Positions 25,193 through 33,713 of a stretch of DNA of 37,026 bases are shown piece by piece. Below the pieces are notes generated by a model. It was not told the DNA's origin. It did not search any database and saw nothing but the letters and a program-made list of their open reading frames with translations. The translations under genes and the position numbers were made by a program. Origin of the DNA: an uncultured Treponemataceae bacterium (lineage in GTDB: Bacteria > Spirochaetota > Spirochaetia > Treponematales > Treponemataceae); contig CAYYCW010000001.1 in NCBI GenBank assembly GCA_964470435.1, forward strand, positions 1 to 37,026. Direction: 5' to 3'. How positions within the stretch are numbered: the stretch's first letter is position 1; every line of letters starts with the position of its first letter.

Positions 25193-26320
25193 ATGGCAAT
25201 TCCCCTTTACAGCTCCACTATTATGCGCAAAGAGATGGACGCTGTACTTTCATGCATGGTTTCTGAAAAGACAGGGCCGGGGGAAATTAACAAAAAGCTT
25301 TCAGAAACAGCAAAAGACACCTTTTTTGCAGAGGCTGCCCTTCCGCTTAGAAGTTGCGCTACAGCCTTGCGTTATGCTTTGGACGCGCTTGGCGTAAAGC
25401 CTGGCTCAAGCGTTATTATTTCAGCCCTTTCTCCCGTGTGGCACTATAAATGTGTAATGCAGTTGGGCTTTACGCCTGTGCTTGCGGAAGTGGATGCTGA
25501 AACAGCTCAACTTACAGCGGAAACTGTACGCGATGCTATTGCTAGAGGAGGCAGCGTCCTTCTTCTTTTTGACGCGCTAGGCTTTTTACCAGATGTCCGC
25601 TCCATCCTTGCCCTTGGCATTCCTGTAATAGAAGATATTTCGCAAAGCGCGGGTGCCTTTTATTGCCAAGAGTTGCCCGAAGATGAAGATGAAAGCATTT
25701 CTGAAGGCGATTTTTTTACGAAAGAAGAAAGCGAGGCAGAATGCGTTCTTCCCGACAACGCCTATGTTGCAGGTTCAGGTGCCCTTTTTTCTATACTTGG
25801 CCTTGAAGAGCGGGATCTTCTTACCGCCGGTGGCGGCGCGATTCTCCTTGCGCCCGCGCGTAGCGAGGGTGTTACAATACGCAAAATGTTTGAAGGCGCA
25901 CCTGAAACGGATATTCTTTCAGACATGAACTCAAGCCTTGCCCTAGTCCAAATAAAGGAAATGAAAAAAAACCGCAAGGCGCGCGCCTTAATAAACGAAA
26001 GCTTTACTCATTCCATTATGCGCTTGCGCGCCGCCAGGCACAAACCGCTTAGCCAAATAGGGCGCGGCGAGCCTTCCTTTTACTCATTCCCCGTTATTGT
26101 TGACTCTGCCGCAAACGATGTGCTGCGCTATGCTTCAAGGCAAGGAATAAGCGCAAGCCCTGCCTTTGTCAATTCCACATTAGCCTTTTTAGGGGATTCC
26201 ATCGAAGGCTTTATGAATGCAAAATCCCTTCTTATGCGCTGCATTCTTTTTCCCTTGTACCCACGCCTTGGCGCTAAAAATATTGAAAAAATAGCTAGAG
26301 TTTTGCGTTCTTTGCCATAA
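25193..26320 (+). CDS. DegT/DnrJ/EryC1/StrS-like (fold-type I aminotransferase-like) protein, possibly non-catalytic
   Basis: The overall layout matches the family (VIEDISQSAG ... GSGALFSILG...DLLTAGGGAILLAP). An acidic insertion, ELPEDEDESISEGDFFTKEESEAE, is present. By my by-eye alignment an Arg occupies the position of the PLP lysine. Confidence 0.6.
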   Translation: MAIPLYSSTIMRKEMDAVLSCMVSEKTGPGEINKKLSETAKDTFFAEAALPLRSCATALRYALDALGVKPGSSVIISALSPVWHYKCVMQLGFTPVLAEVDAETAQLTAETVRDAIARGGSVLLLFDALGFLPDVRSILALGIPVIEDISQSAGAFYCQELPEDEDESISEGDFFTKEESEAECVLPDNAYVAGSGALFSILGLEERDLLTAGGGAILLAPARSEGVTIRKMFEGAPETDILSDMNSSLALVQIKEMKKNRKARALINESFTHSIMRLRAARHKPLSQIGRGEPSFYSFPVIVDSAANDVLRYASRQGISASPAFVNSTLAFLGDSIEGFMNAKSLLMRCILFPLYPRLGAKNIEKIARVLRSLP

Positions 26321-26340
26321 TTTGCTAAAATGCGATTGCA

Positions 26341-27258
26341 ATGCACACAATAACTAATGCTATAGCTATTTTGAACAAAAGAAAAACGCAAGCCGCGTAT
26401 CTCGCGGCGGCTATTTCTTCCTTTTTTGATAAAAGGGATATTTCCTGCCGTGTTTTTGAATACGATGGAAATGAAGTCAAGTCAAATCCCTTTGAAGCCC
26501 ACGACTTTGCCATTACCCTAGGCGGGGACGGCACTGTGCTTTTTGCAGCAAGATACTGCGCAGGGGCAGGTATACCTGTGTTTCCTGTAAACCTTGGGGA
26601 ATTTGGCTTTATTGCAGGCATTAAGCCTAGCCAGTGGCAATCTGCCCTTGAATCTTACCTTGACGGCAGCTTTCACAGCACAAGGCGAATGCTTTTGCAA
26701 GCGGAAGTTTTGCGCAATGGTTCTGCCGTTTATACCGCTTGCGCCCTTAACGATTTGTCCATTTTGTCTGGGCATGGCACAAAAATTATCAATTTTGATG
26801 TTTCTTTTAAGGATGAAAATAGAGTGCATTGCCTTGGCCTTTTTAAGGCTGACGGCGTTATTGCCGCAACGCCTACGGGCTCAACAGGATATTCCGCTGC
26901 GGCAGGCGGGCCTATTCTTTCACCTGACGTTCCAGCCGTTATTCTTTCTCCCGTGTGCGCCTTTTCACTTTCTTCAAGGCCAATCGTTTTGCCCTCATCT
27001 GGGCAAATAATCATAGATTTTGCAGGCACGCAAAATAAGGACGGTGGAGTTCTTTCTGTAGATGGGCAAGAATCCTTTGACTTGCAAATCGGGGATAAAA
27101 TTATTATTGAAATGGCAAAAAAACCTGTTAAGCTTATAGGATGCGCACCTGAAGTCTTTTACAGCGCCCTACGATACAAGCTTAACTGGGCAGGCGCGCC
27201 TGTAGCTAGACTTACGGATAATGGCAAAGATGCGCAGAACGCAATAGAGCAACTATGA
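26341..27258 (+). CDS. nadK: NAD+ kinase
   Basis: The GGDGTVL motif, the NLGEFGFI (NxGxLGFL-type) motif and TPTGSTGYSAAAGGPI are present. Confidence 0.9.
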   Translation: MHTITNAIAILNKRKTQAAYLAAAISSFFDKRDISCRVFEYDGNEVKSNPFEAHDFAITLGGDGTVLFAARYCAGAGIPVFPVNLGEFGFIAGIKPSQWQSALESYLDGSFHSTRRMLLQAEVLRNGSAVYTACALNDLSILSGHGTKIINFDVSFKDENRVHCLGLFKADGVIAATPTGSTGYSAAAGGPILSPDVPAVILSPVCAFSLSSRPIVLPSSGQIIIDFAGTQNKDGGVLSVDGQESFDLQIGDKIIIEMAKKPVKLIGCAPEVFYSALRYKLNWAGAPVARLTDNGKDAQNAIEQL

Positions 27259-28952
27259 TAGAAGATATAAGCATAAAGGATTTTGCACTAATCGATACCC
27301 TTTCCCTTAACTTGCCGCCTGGCTTTACTGTGTTTACAGGAGAAACAGGCACGGGAAAATCTATTTTAATTGGCTCAATTTCCTTTTTGCTGGGCGGAAA
27401 GCCGCAGGCGGACACTGTGCGCACAGGCGCGGAAGAAGCAATAGCTTCAGGCACCGTGCTTGTTGAAAAAAACGAAGGAGCCCTGCAATGGCTTTCAGAG
27501 CACGGCATAGAAGCGGATTCAGGAAGGGTGCTTTTAAGGCGAAGCGCAAAGCTAGGCGGCAAGGGCGCATGCTGGATTCAAGGCGTTCCTGTAACGCGCC
27601 TTGAGCTTGCAGAATTTACTTCTTTTTTGGTTGACATACACGGCCAGCACGAGCATCAGTCCCTTTTTAGGGTTAGCGAGCACAGGCGCTACCTTGACGC
27701 GTACGCAGGCATAGAGGATGAAGTTAAAGCGTTTTCCCTACTTTACGCTAAGCTTACCTCAGCGCGGCAACGGCGGGAAGAGCTTAGCGCGGAAGAAAAA
27801 GGCTTATCTGAAAAAAGGGAGCTTCTTTCTTTTGCAATACAAGAAATAGAAGCTGCCGCTCTTGAAGCGGGGGAAGATGAAAACCTTGAAGCTGAAGAAA
27901 AGCGCCTTTCGCAGCACGAAAAGCTTTATGCAGCCCTTGACCAAAGCGTAGCTTCGCTTGGCGGCTCTTCCTCTTCCTTGCCGCAAGATGGCGCTCTTTC
28001 TCTTATTAAAAAAGCGCTCGCCACCCTTGAAAGCGCTGCCGCCATAGATTCAAGCCTGGCAGGGCAAGTTTCAAGGCTTGAAAACGTGTTTTATGAAGCG
28101 CAAGACATAAGCGCGGAGCTTTCGGAAGCTATGAACTCAGCTATTTTTAATCCTGCAAGGCTTGAAGCTGTAGAAGAGCGCCTTTCACTCATTTACAAGC
28201 TCAAGAAAAAATACGGGCCTTCCCTTGATGACGTTATTGCCTTTAAGCAAAACGCTGAAAAAGAACTTGAGCAGCTGGAGCATAGGGACGAGGAGCAAGG
28301 CGCGCTAAATGCTGAAATTTCTGCGCTTGAAAAAAAGCTCCTTGAAGAAGGCAGCGTAATTTCTCAAAAAAGGCAAAAAGCTTCTATTGATATGGAAAAA
28401 GCTGTAGAAGATGTGCTTGCAAGCCTCGGAATGAAGGGTACTAGCTTTAAGGTTTCCCTAAAGGCTAAGGATTCCCCTGAAGGCAAGCGCAGCGTTTCGC
28501 AGTTTGGCTTTGACAATGTGGAGTTTTTAATTTCCCCTAACCCGGGAGAACCACTTAAAGGCCTTGCTAAAATTGCTTCTGGGGGCGAGCTTTCCCGCGT
28601 AATGCTTGCGCTTAAAACAGTGCTTGCTAGGGCTGATAAGACAGGCACCCTAATCTTTGACGAAATAGACACAGGGATTGGCGGGGAAAGCGCCGTTGCT
28701 GTAGGCAACCATATTAGCGGATTGTCTAAGGGAAGGCAGGTTTTATGTATCACACATCTTGCTTCTATAGCTTGCCAAGCCGATAATCATATAATGATAG
28801 AAAAAAAATCCGTAAACGGAAAAACTTCTACCTCTGCTTGCGAAATTAAAGGAGAGGAGCGCGCGGAAGAAATTTCTAGAATGCTTTCAGGAGGAAAAGG
28901 CGGCGCAGCTTCACTTGACCACGCGCGGGAACTTTTAGCAAAGTATAACTAA
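27255..28952 (+). CDS. recN: DNA repair protein RecN (SMC-like ATPase)
   Basis: It has the N-terminal Walker A FTGETGTGKSILIGSI, a long coiled coil, the signature ASGGELSRVMLALK and Walker B LIFDEIDTGIGG. The start overlaps the nadK stop (ATGA). Confidence 0.95.
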   Translation: MIEDISIKDFALIDTLSLNLPPGFTVFTGETGTGKSILIGSISFLLGGKPQADTVRTGAEEAIASGTVLVEKNEGALQWLSEHGIEADSGRVLLRRSAKLGGKGACWIQGVPVTRLELAEFTSFLVDIHGQHEHQSLFRVSEHRRYLDAYAGIEDEVKAFSLLYAKLTSARQRREELSAEEKGLSEKRELLSFAIQEIEAAALEAGEDENLEAEEKRLSQHEKLYAALDQSVASLGGSSSSLPQDGALSLIKKALATLESAAAIDSSLAGQVSRLENVFYEAQDISAELSEAMNSAIFNPARLEAVEERLSLIYKLKKKYGPSLDDVIAFKQNAEKELEQLEHRDEEQGALNAEISALEKKLLEEGSVISQKRQKASIDMEKAVEDVLASLGMKGTSFKVSLKAKDSPEGKRSVSQFGFDNVEFLISPNPGEPLKGLAKIASGGELSRVMLALKTVLARADKTGTLIFDEIDTGIGGESAVAVGNHISGLSKGRQVLCITHLASIACQADNHIMIEKKSVNGKTSTSACEIKGEERAEEISRMLSGGKGGAASLDHARELLAKYN

Positions 28953-28981
28953 AAAAGCACAAGCTAAAACAGGAGCTTTCT

Positions 28982-29791
28982 ATGTCAGAAGATGTAGATA
29001 TCAGAAAACAAGTTTATAAGGAAAAGAATATTGAATATCAAGCAAAGATAGACTCTATCCTTACATACGAGAAAGAAATTCGACAAGATATTTTAAAAAA
29101 CACAAACGCGCAAAGCTTAAACCGCGTTATTTTGGCAAGCGAAATACTTGATATAGTGTCTCTTTTTATTGCTAAGCATTATGTTCATATTGCCACATTA
29201 AGGACAAAAAACGAATATGCGTTAAATGAAGCGCGCAAAACTATTTACAAGGCAATAATTTATCTTGAAGAGGCTGTTTCAAATTATGTTGACGCACCAT
29301 ATTCAGAATATGCCGACAAGGTAGACCAGCTTGAAAGCCTTTCTGAGCCCATGCGCTACTATATTGTAAGAAAGCTAGGCCTTGCTCTTAGGATGCTAGA
29401 AGACGCGTACGGAGATAACACAAAGTGGAGGTGGACCTTTGTTGAGCTCGAAGCGCGCTTTGCAACTGTTGCAAAAAACATTATGGACTTAAAAAAAGCG
29501 TCAAAAGAAGGGCTTGACCCTCATTCTGAAGATTACGACACAACAGTCTTTCACTTAAGGCTTGTAAAAAAGCTCCTTGAGCAGGCTGCAAACCGCTACC
29601 GCGAAAAATATGAGCTTTCAACAGGGCGCATTGACGACTTTAGGCTTGCAATTAACTACTTGCGCGCCCTTCACAGAATTCACCTTATTCTAAACGAACG
29701 CCAAGATGCGGAAGAAGTTAAGCGCAAGGCTGAAATTTGGAAAAATAAGATGGAGCAAGACCAAAAAAAGTCAGAAGAAAAAAAACGCTAA
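28982..29791 (+). CDS. Hypothetical all-helical protein (269 aa) with a Lys/Glu-rich tail; function unknown
   Basis: The frame is clean and an AGGAG RBS lies 7 nt upstream of the ATG. It sits tightly between recN and the HD-domain gene. I recognise no motif. Confidence 0.6.
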   Translation: MSEDVDIRKQVYKEKNIEYQAKIDSILTYEKEIRQDILKNTNAQSLNRVILASEILDIVSLFIAKHYVHIATLRTKNEYALNEARKTIYKAIIYLEEAVSNYVDAPYSEYADKVDQLESLSEPMRYYIVRKLGLALRMLEDAYGDNTKWRWTFVELEARFATVAKNIMDLKKASKEGLDPHSEDYDTTVFHLRLVKKLLEQAANRYREKYELSTGRIDDFRLAINYLRALHRIHLILNERQDAEEVKRKAEIWKNKMEQDQKKSEEKKR

Positions 29792-29807
29792 CCCAAATTC
29801 AAGTTTA

Positions 29808-31025
29808 ATGCTTAATAAAAAATTCATTCTTAAAGTCTTTGAAGGCTTTTCAATCGAACGCTGGAACGACTTAATCCGCCCTGTGCCTCTTGTGGAAATG
29901 GACAAGGCAGCAGAGCGCGCGCTTTTGTGCTACCTTATCGGAAAGTTTGAAGAGGCGGAAGGCCGCGCCATAAACTGGGAAGAAATCATTTACGCCTCCC
30001 TTTTTGACCTATTACGAAAGATAGCGCTTTCTGACATTAAGGCTACAGTTTTACGCGCTATAAGAAAAGACTATCCTGAAGAGTTTGAGAAGCTTAACTC
30101 ATGGGTGCTTGAAAAGTATGAGCCAATAGCGCCGGACGCAAAGTTTATGGAAGACTTTGCTGCATACCTTTTTAAGCCGCATTCCCTTGAAGACATAAAC
30201 GCGCGCGTTTCCCGCGCGGCGCACAAGTATTCCGCAATGCGCGAGTTTGAACTTCTTAAGCCTTTAAACGAAAGGCGTCGCCTTACGGAAATAGAAAAGG
30301 ATTTAAACGAGGACTTAGCGGCGCTTTCTGACCTAAAAGCCCTCAGCCTTTTGCAAAAAAAAGAAAGCCTTTACGACTTTCTTCTTATGGCGGAAAGCTT
30401 GCGCTTTCAAACACGCTGGAATCAAACGCCGCGTATTCCGCACACGGATGTGCTTGGCCACTCCTATTACGTTGCCGTGCTTACCCTCCTTTTAAGCCGT
30501 GAGGCGGGCATTTCAGGCAAGCGCCTTTACAACAACTTTTTCGCCGCCCTCTTTCATGACCTGCCGGAAGCTGTAACGCGCGACATCATTTCCCCTGTAA
30601 AGCGGGCAACGGATTCCCTAGCTGAAATTGTAAAGGACATTGAAGAGCGCTTTCTAAAAAAAGAGCTTCTTCCTTTAATGGATAACTGCTTTAAGGATGA
30701 GTTGCTCTATTTTATAAATGATGAGTTTTCAAATCGCGCCTTAGTGGACGGAAAGCCCAAGCATGTTAGCTTTGAAGAGCTTCAAGAAAAATATAGCGAG
30801 GATCGCTTTTTCCCCGTTGACGGCAAGCTAATCAGAGCGGCGGACCACATTGCAGCCTTTGTTGAAGCCCACTCATCAATTTGCTTTGGAGTTTCCTCAG
30901 AACACCTTGTTCTAGGCCGCGACCACATCTTTGACGCTTACAGCAAAAATAAAACCGTAAACGGCATTGAAGTCTTTTTGCTCCTTAAAGAGTTAAAAGA
31001 AGAAAGATCTAGCATTTTAGGCTAA
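29808..31025 (+). CDS. Tandem HD-domain (YfbR-like phosphohydrolase fold) protein. The C-terminal copy is intact and the N-terminal copy is degenerate.
   Basis: The C-terminal copy reads RWNQTPRIPHTDVLGHSYYVAV...AALFHDLPEAVTRDI. The N-terminal copy reads ERWNDLIRPVPLVEMDKAAERAL...ASLFDLLRKIALSDI. I prefer the ATG at 29808; the track start at 29706 overlaps the upstream gene. Confidence 0.75.
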   Translation: MLNKKFILKVFEGFSIERWNDLIRPVPLVEMDKAAERALLCYLIGKFEEAEGRAINWEEIIYASLFDLLRKIALSDIKATVLRAIRKDYPEEFEKLNSWVLEKYEPIAPDAKFMEDFAAYLFKPHSLEDINARVSRAAHKYSAMREFELLKPLNERRRLTEIEKDLNEDLAALSDLKALSLLQKKESLYDFLLMAESLRFQTRWNQTPRIPHTDVLGHSYYVAVLTLLLSREAGISGKRLYNNFFAALFHDLPEAVTRDIISPVKRATDSLAEIVKDIEERFLKKELLPLMDNCFKDELLYFINDEFSNRALVDGKPKHVSFEELQEKYSEDRFFPVDGKLIRAADHIAAFVEAHSSICFGVSSEHLVLGRDHIFDAYSKNKTVNGIEVFLLLKELKEERSSILG

Positions 31026-31034
31026 AGAAGTTTT

Positions 31035-31440
31035 TGTTTTTAGGGTAAAGCAAGCAGCTCTCACCCGTTGGCAAGTGTCCTGATTTCTGGTGTTGTTTTC
31101 ACAAATTCTTGGTAGCGAGTACGCCGCTTCTCTCCAGGAAGCTCGCGTAGTATAGCCTATGCATATAAACCGCGTTTACGAAATGAAAAGCGTGGATACC
31201 GATTTTTTAGCGTCTACATGGGCGAGTAGATTAGCTTACAGCAATGGGCTGCTTACATAGTCCCAATGCCAACTACTTCTCCAGCATTTCCGCAATATCA
31301 GTATGCCCGTTACGCGTGGCGTAGCGCAAAGAAACGACATCGCTTTTTTATAGCGAGCCCTCCTTGAAGCACAAGTTTATTCGGCTTTGGCGATTCCTGC
31401 AATGATGTTACATAGATGTTGCTCGTAGCTTAAAACTTGA
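31035..31440 (-). pseudogene. Possible decayed ankyrin-repeat gene remnant (multiple stops and frameshifts)
   Basis: Minus-strand fragments include LRYATRNGHTDIAEMLEK* (31329-31273), NKLVLQGGLAIKK and LLAHVDAKKSVSTLFIS in shifting frames. They resemble the ANK consensus (A.RNGH.DIA.LLLEKGADVNAKD). No ORF of 60 aa or more exists in 430 nt. Confidence 0.35.
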
Positions 31441-31448
31441 GCTAATAT
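31419..31448 (+). promoter_or_regulatory. Putative promoter giving a leaderless or very short-leader mRNA for the glycosylase gene
   Basis: TTGCTC (31419-31424), an 18-nt spacer, TAATAT (31443-31448), then 9 nt to the ATG at 31458. There is no Shine-Dalgarno sequence. Confidence 0.3.
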
Positions 31449-31457
31449 AGCAAGCGA

Positions 31458-31979
31458 ATGCCCGCTCCAGGATTCCTTGTGCACCCGATACCGCCACTGT
31501 TCAATGAGGTGTCGCGCATCCTCATTCTCGGCTCCTTTCCGTCAGTAAAATCGCGCGAGGAATCTTTCTTTTACGCGCATCCTAAAAACCGCTTTTGGAA
31601 AGTTATGGCGGCTGTTTGCGGCGCTCCTCTTCCTGAAACAATAACGGAAAAGAGCGTGCTCCTCCTTAAAAACGGCTTTGCGCTTTGGGATGTAATTCAT
31701 TCTTGCGAAATTTGCGGTTCATCCGACAGTAGCATTAAAAACGCCACGCCAAACGATTTAAGCATAATATTGAGCGCCGCCAAGATAGAGCGCATTTTTA
31801 CAAACGGGCAAAAGGCGCATTCGCTTTACAAAAAATACTTGGAAGAGCAAACGGGAATAAAGGCCGTCTGTTTGCCTTCAACAAGCCCCGCAAACGCTGC
31901 ATGGAGCGATGACAGGCTAATCTCGCACTGGAAAGAGACACTTAGCAGGAGGTTAGCCTCTCCTAGGGAAGAAGTTTAG
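31458..31979 (+). CDS. DNA-deoxyinosine (hypoxanthine) glycosylase, uracil-DNA glycosylase superfamily (family 6-like)
   Basis: ILILGSFPSVKSREESFFYAHPKNRFWKVM and LPSTSPANA match the HDG/UDG family 6 motifs. Length is 173 aa. Confidence 0.8.
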   Translation: MPAPGFLVHPIPPLFNEVSRILILGSFPSVKSREESFFYAHPKNRFWKVMAAVCGAPLPETITEKSVLLLKNGFALWDVIHSCEICGSSDSSIKNATPNDLSIILSAAKIERIFTNGQKAHSLYKKYLEEQTGIKAVCLPSTSPANAAWSDDRLISHWKETLSRRLASPREEV

Positions 31980-31990
31980 AGTTTAGAGTT
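31974..31990. repeat. Short heptad repeat (GTTTAGA x2.4), the reverse-orientation relative of the GCTCTAA unit
   Basis: It reads GTTTAGA GTTTAGA GTT. The reverse complement TCTAAAC differs by one base from the TCTAAGC rotation of GCTCTAA. The glycosylase stop TAG (31977-31979) lies inside unit 1. Confidence 0.5.
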
Positions 31991-32038
31991 TTTTACAAAG
32001 CTAAAAGTGCGCTTTAACGCTTGCCAGATGCTTTTATC

Positions 32039-33577
32039 CTATTTTTGCCTAAGACGCCAGGCGCCGCCTGAAAGCTCCATTCCGTACTCACGCTCAAGAA
32101 GGGTGTAAAGCCCATTTTTTAACTCAAGGGAAAGCTTGTAAAGCGGCGTTTCTGCAAAGCCAGGAACGCTTGCAAAGCTTTCAGGGGCGCTTGCAAGCAG
32201 GTTTTCAAGCATCATCTTTGAAGCAATAAAACGTTTTTCCTTCTTTACAGCAAAAAAAAGCGACTCTTTTAAAAGACCTATAATTTCCCAAGTTAGCTGC
32301 TCAGCTTGCGCGTATCGCCCTGCGTCCTTGTCCTGGTCCGTTATCCTTAAAGGGAGCTTGTAGGGAATTTCACCAAGCTTTGGGATAAGTCGCTCTAGGT
32401 CAAAAAGACCAATGGCGCAATTAAATAGAAGCTTTTTGCCGCTTTGCTCAAATGTAAGCATTTGCTCATAAGGCAACGCGGGGCCTATGTCGGCGCAAGT
32501 TATCTTTTCGGAATCCGTAATCACTAAAATGCCGCCTTTTACGTCCAAAGGCGTTTTGAAAGAGGTTTCAAAGGCGGCTTCCTTTCCTGAAAGCGCAAAG
32601 ACAGCAAGCGAAACGGGATCAACGGTGTAGCCAAGGTTGTCGATATTGCCAAGCCAAGCGTAGCGAATGCCTATAGACGCGAGCTTTTTGTAAAGGGATG
32701 AAAGTATTGCAAAGTTTTGCCCATGCCCGCCCGGTAGCGCAATGCCGCGCTCATGTTCCCCGTAAGCTCGATCGAAAATCCTGCGCGGCTCTCCTTCTGA
32801 TGAATGCGTTATGGCTGCCATCATTTTTTGCGTTTCACTATGTATGTCTACAGGCGGGTAGCCTAAGTCCTTAGCGGGTAAGATAAAGGCGGGGTCGCCT
32901 GCGCATTGTTCAATGGACGCGCTAATTTCAGCATCAGTTTTTACGCTAGTCATTTGGAATGCGGGAAGAATTACAGACGGGAGTTTACCGAAAGCGTGAG
33001 CGTAATCTAGCTTGCGTTCAAGAAGCATGCGCAGCTTCAAAAATAAAAAGCTGTATCCTGTTGAGCCGTCGGGGTTAAAGTAGGCAGGAGTAGCACCCTT
33101 AGCATGTCCTTTTAAGCTTTCAAGATTGGAGGCGAATTTTTCTATAAAAAAGGGGAAAATTTCAGGGCAAATACTTGAGTTTTTTTTGCTGTCAACATAG
33201 CTTGTGGCAGAGCCTCCGTTAAGAATGCCAAATGCGGTTTTTGGGTACAGGGCTACCCCTATTTTTTTTAAGGCGGAAAGGGAAAAGGAAAACTGCCCCT
33301 CGTCCTCGCTATCCGCAACATCTTCTGGGCTAAATGGAAGATTGAGGGAGCTAAACGTCTGCCGCGCCCGCTCTTTTTGCACCTTAAACGTCTTTATGGA
33401 ACTTAGGTCAACAATATCCGGGTGAGCCAATGAAGGAATGTCGAAAATATTTACAGGCGCGGCACCTTGAAACTTGCCCGCGTTAAGGTCTGCAAGGAAC
33501 TTTAGCATAAAGGCAATGTCAACGCCTTCACTAGCAAGCTGCTTTTCTAGCTGCCTTGAAATTTGCTTGCCCTGCAT
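32039..33577 (-). CDS. Divergent UDPGP-family (UTP--hexose-1-phosphate uridylyltransferase-like) nucleotidyltransferase
   Basis: GILNGGSATSY corresponds to LNGGLGTSMG. LPGGHGQNF corresponds to PxGHGD. WLGNIDNLGYTVDP corresponds to NxDNLGA. Length is 512 aa. The substrate cannot be decided. Confidence 0.6.
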   Translation of the reverse strand: MQGKQISRQLEKQLASEGVDIAFMLKFLADLNAGKFQGAAPVNIFDIPSLAHPDIVDLSSIKTFKVQKERARQTFSSLNLPFSPEDVADSEDEGQFSFSLSALKKIGVALYPKTAFGILNGGSATSYVDSKKNSSICPEIFPFFIEKFASNLESLKGHAKGATPAYFNPDGSTGYSFLFLKLRMLLERKLDYAHAFGKLPSVILPAFQMTSVKTDAEISASIEQCAGDPAFILPAKDLGYPPVDIHSETQKMMAAITHSSEGEPRRIFDRAYGEHERGIALPGGHGQNFAILSSLYKKLASIGIRYAWLGNIDNLGYTVDPVSLAVFALSGKEAAFETSFKTPLDVKGGILVITDSEKITCADIGPALPYEQMLTFEQSGKKLLFNCAIGLFDLERLIPKLGEIPYKLPLRITDQDKDAGRYAQAEQLTWEIIGLLKESLFFAVKKEKRFIASKMMLENLLASAPESFASVPGFAETPLYKLSLELKNGLYTLLEREYGMELSGGAWRLRQK

Positions 33578-33602
33578 AAAGACTCCTCAAAAAGCAATTT
33601 AT

Positions 33603-33623
33603 GCGGATTAATCCGCTTTTTTT
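33603..33623 (+). terminator. Orphan terminator-like element or 14-bp perfect palindrome in a divergent promoter region
   Basis: GCGGATTAATCCGC (33603-33616) is followed by T7 (33617-33623). It lies 26 nt upstream of the UDPGP-like start on the other strand. Confidence 0.35.
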
Positions 33624-33713
33624 ATCGTTAATTTTATTTCATTTTAAGAAATTTTCAAGAAAAACAATGCGCTAAATCTTTCTTGCGCTATATACATAAG
33701 CGGAGACTGCTTT

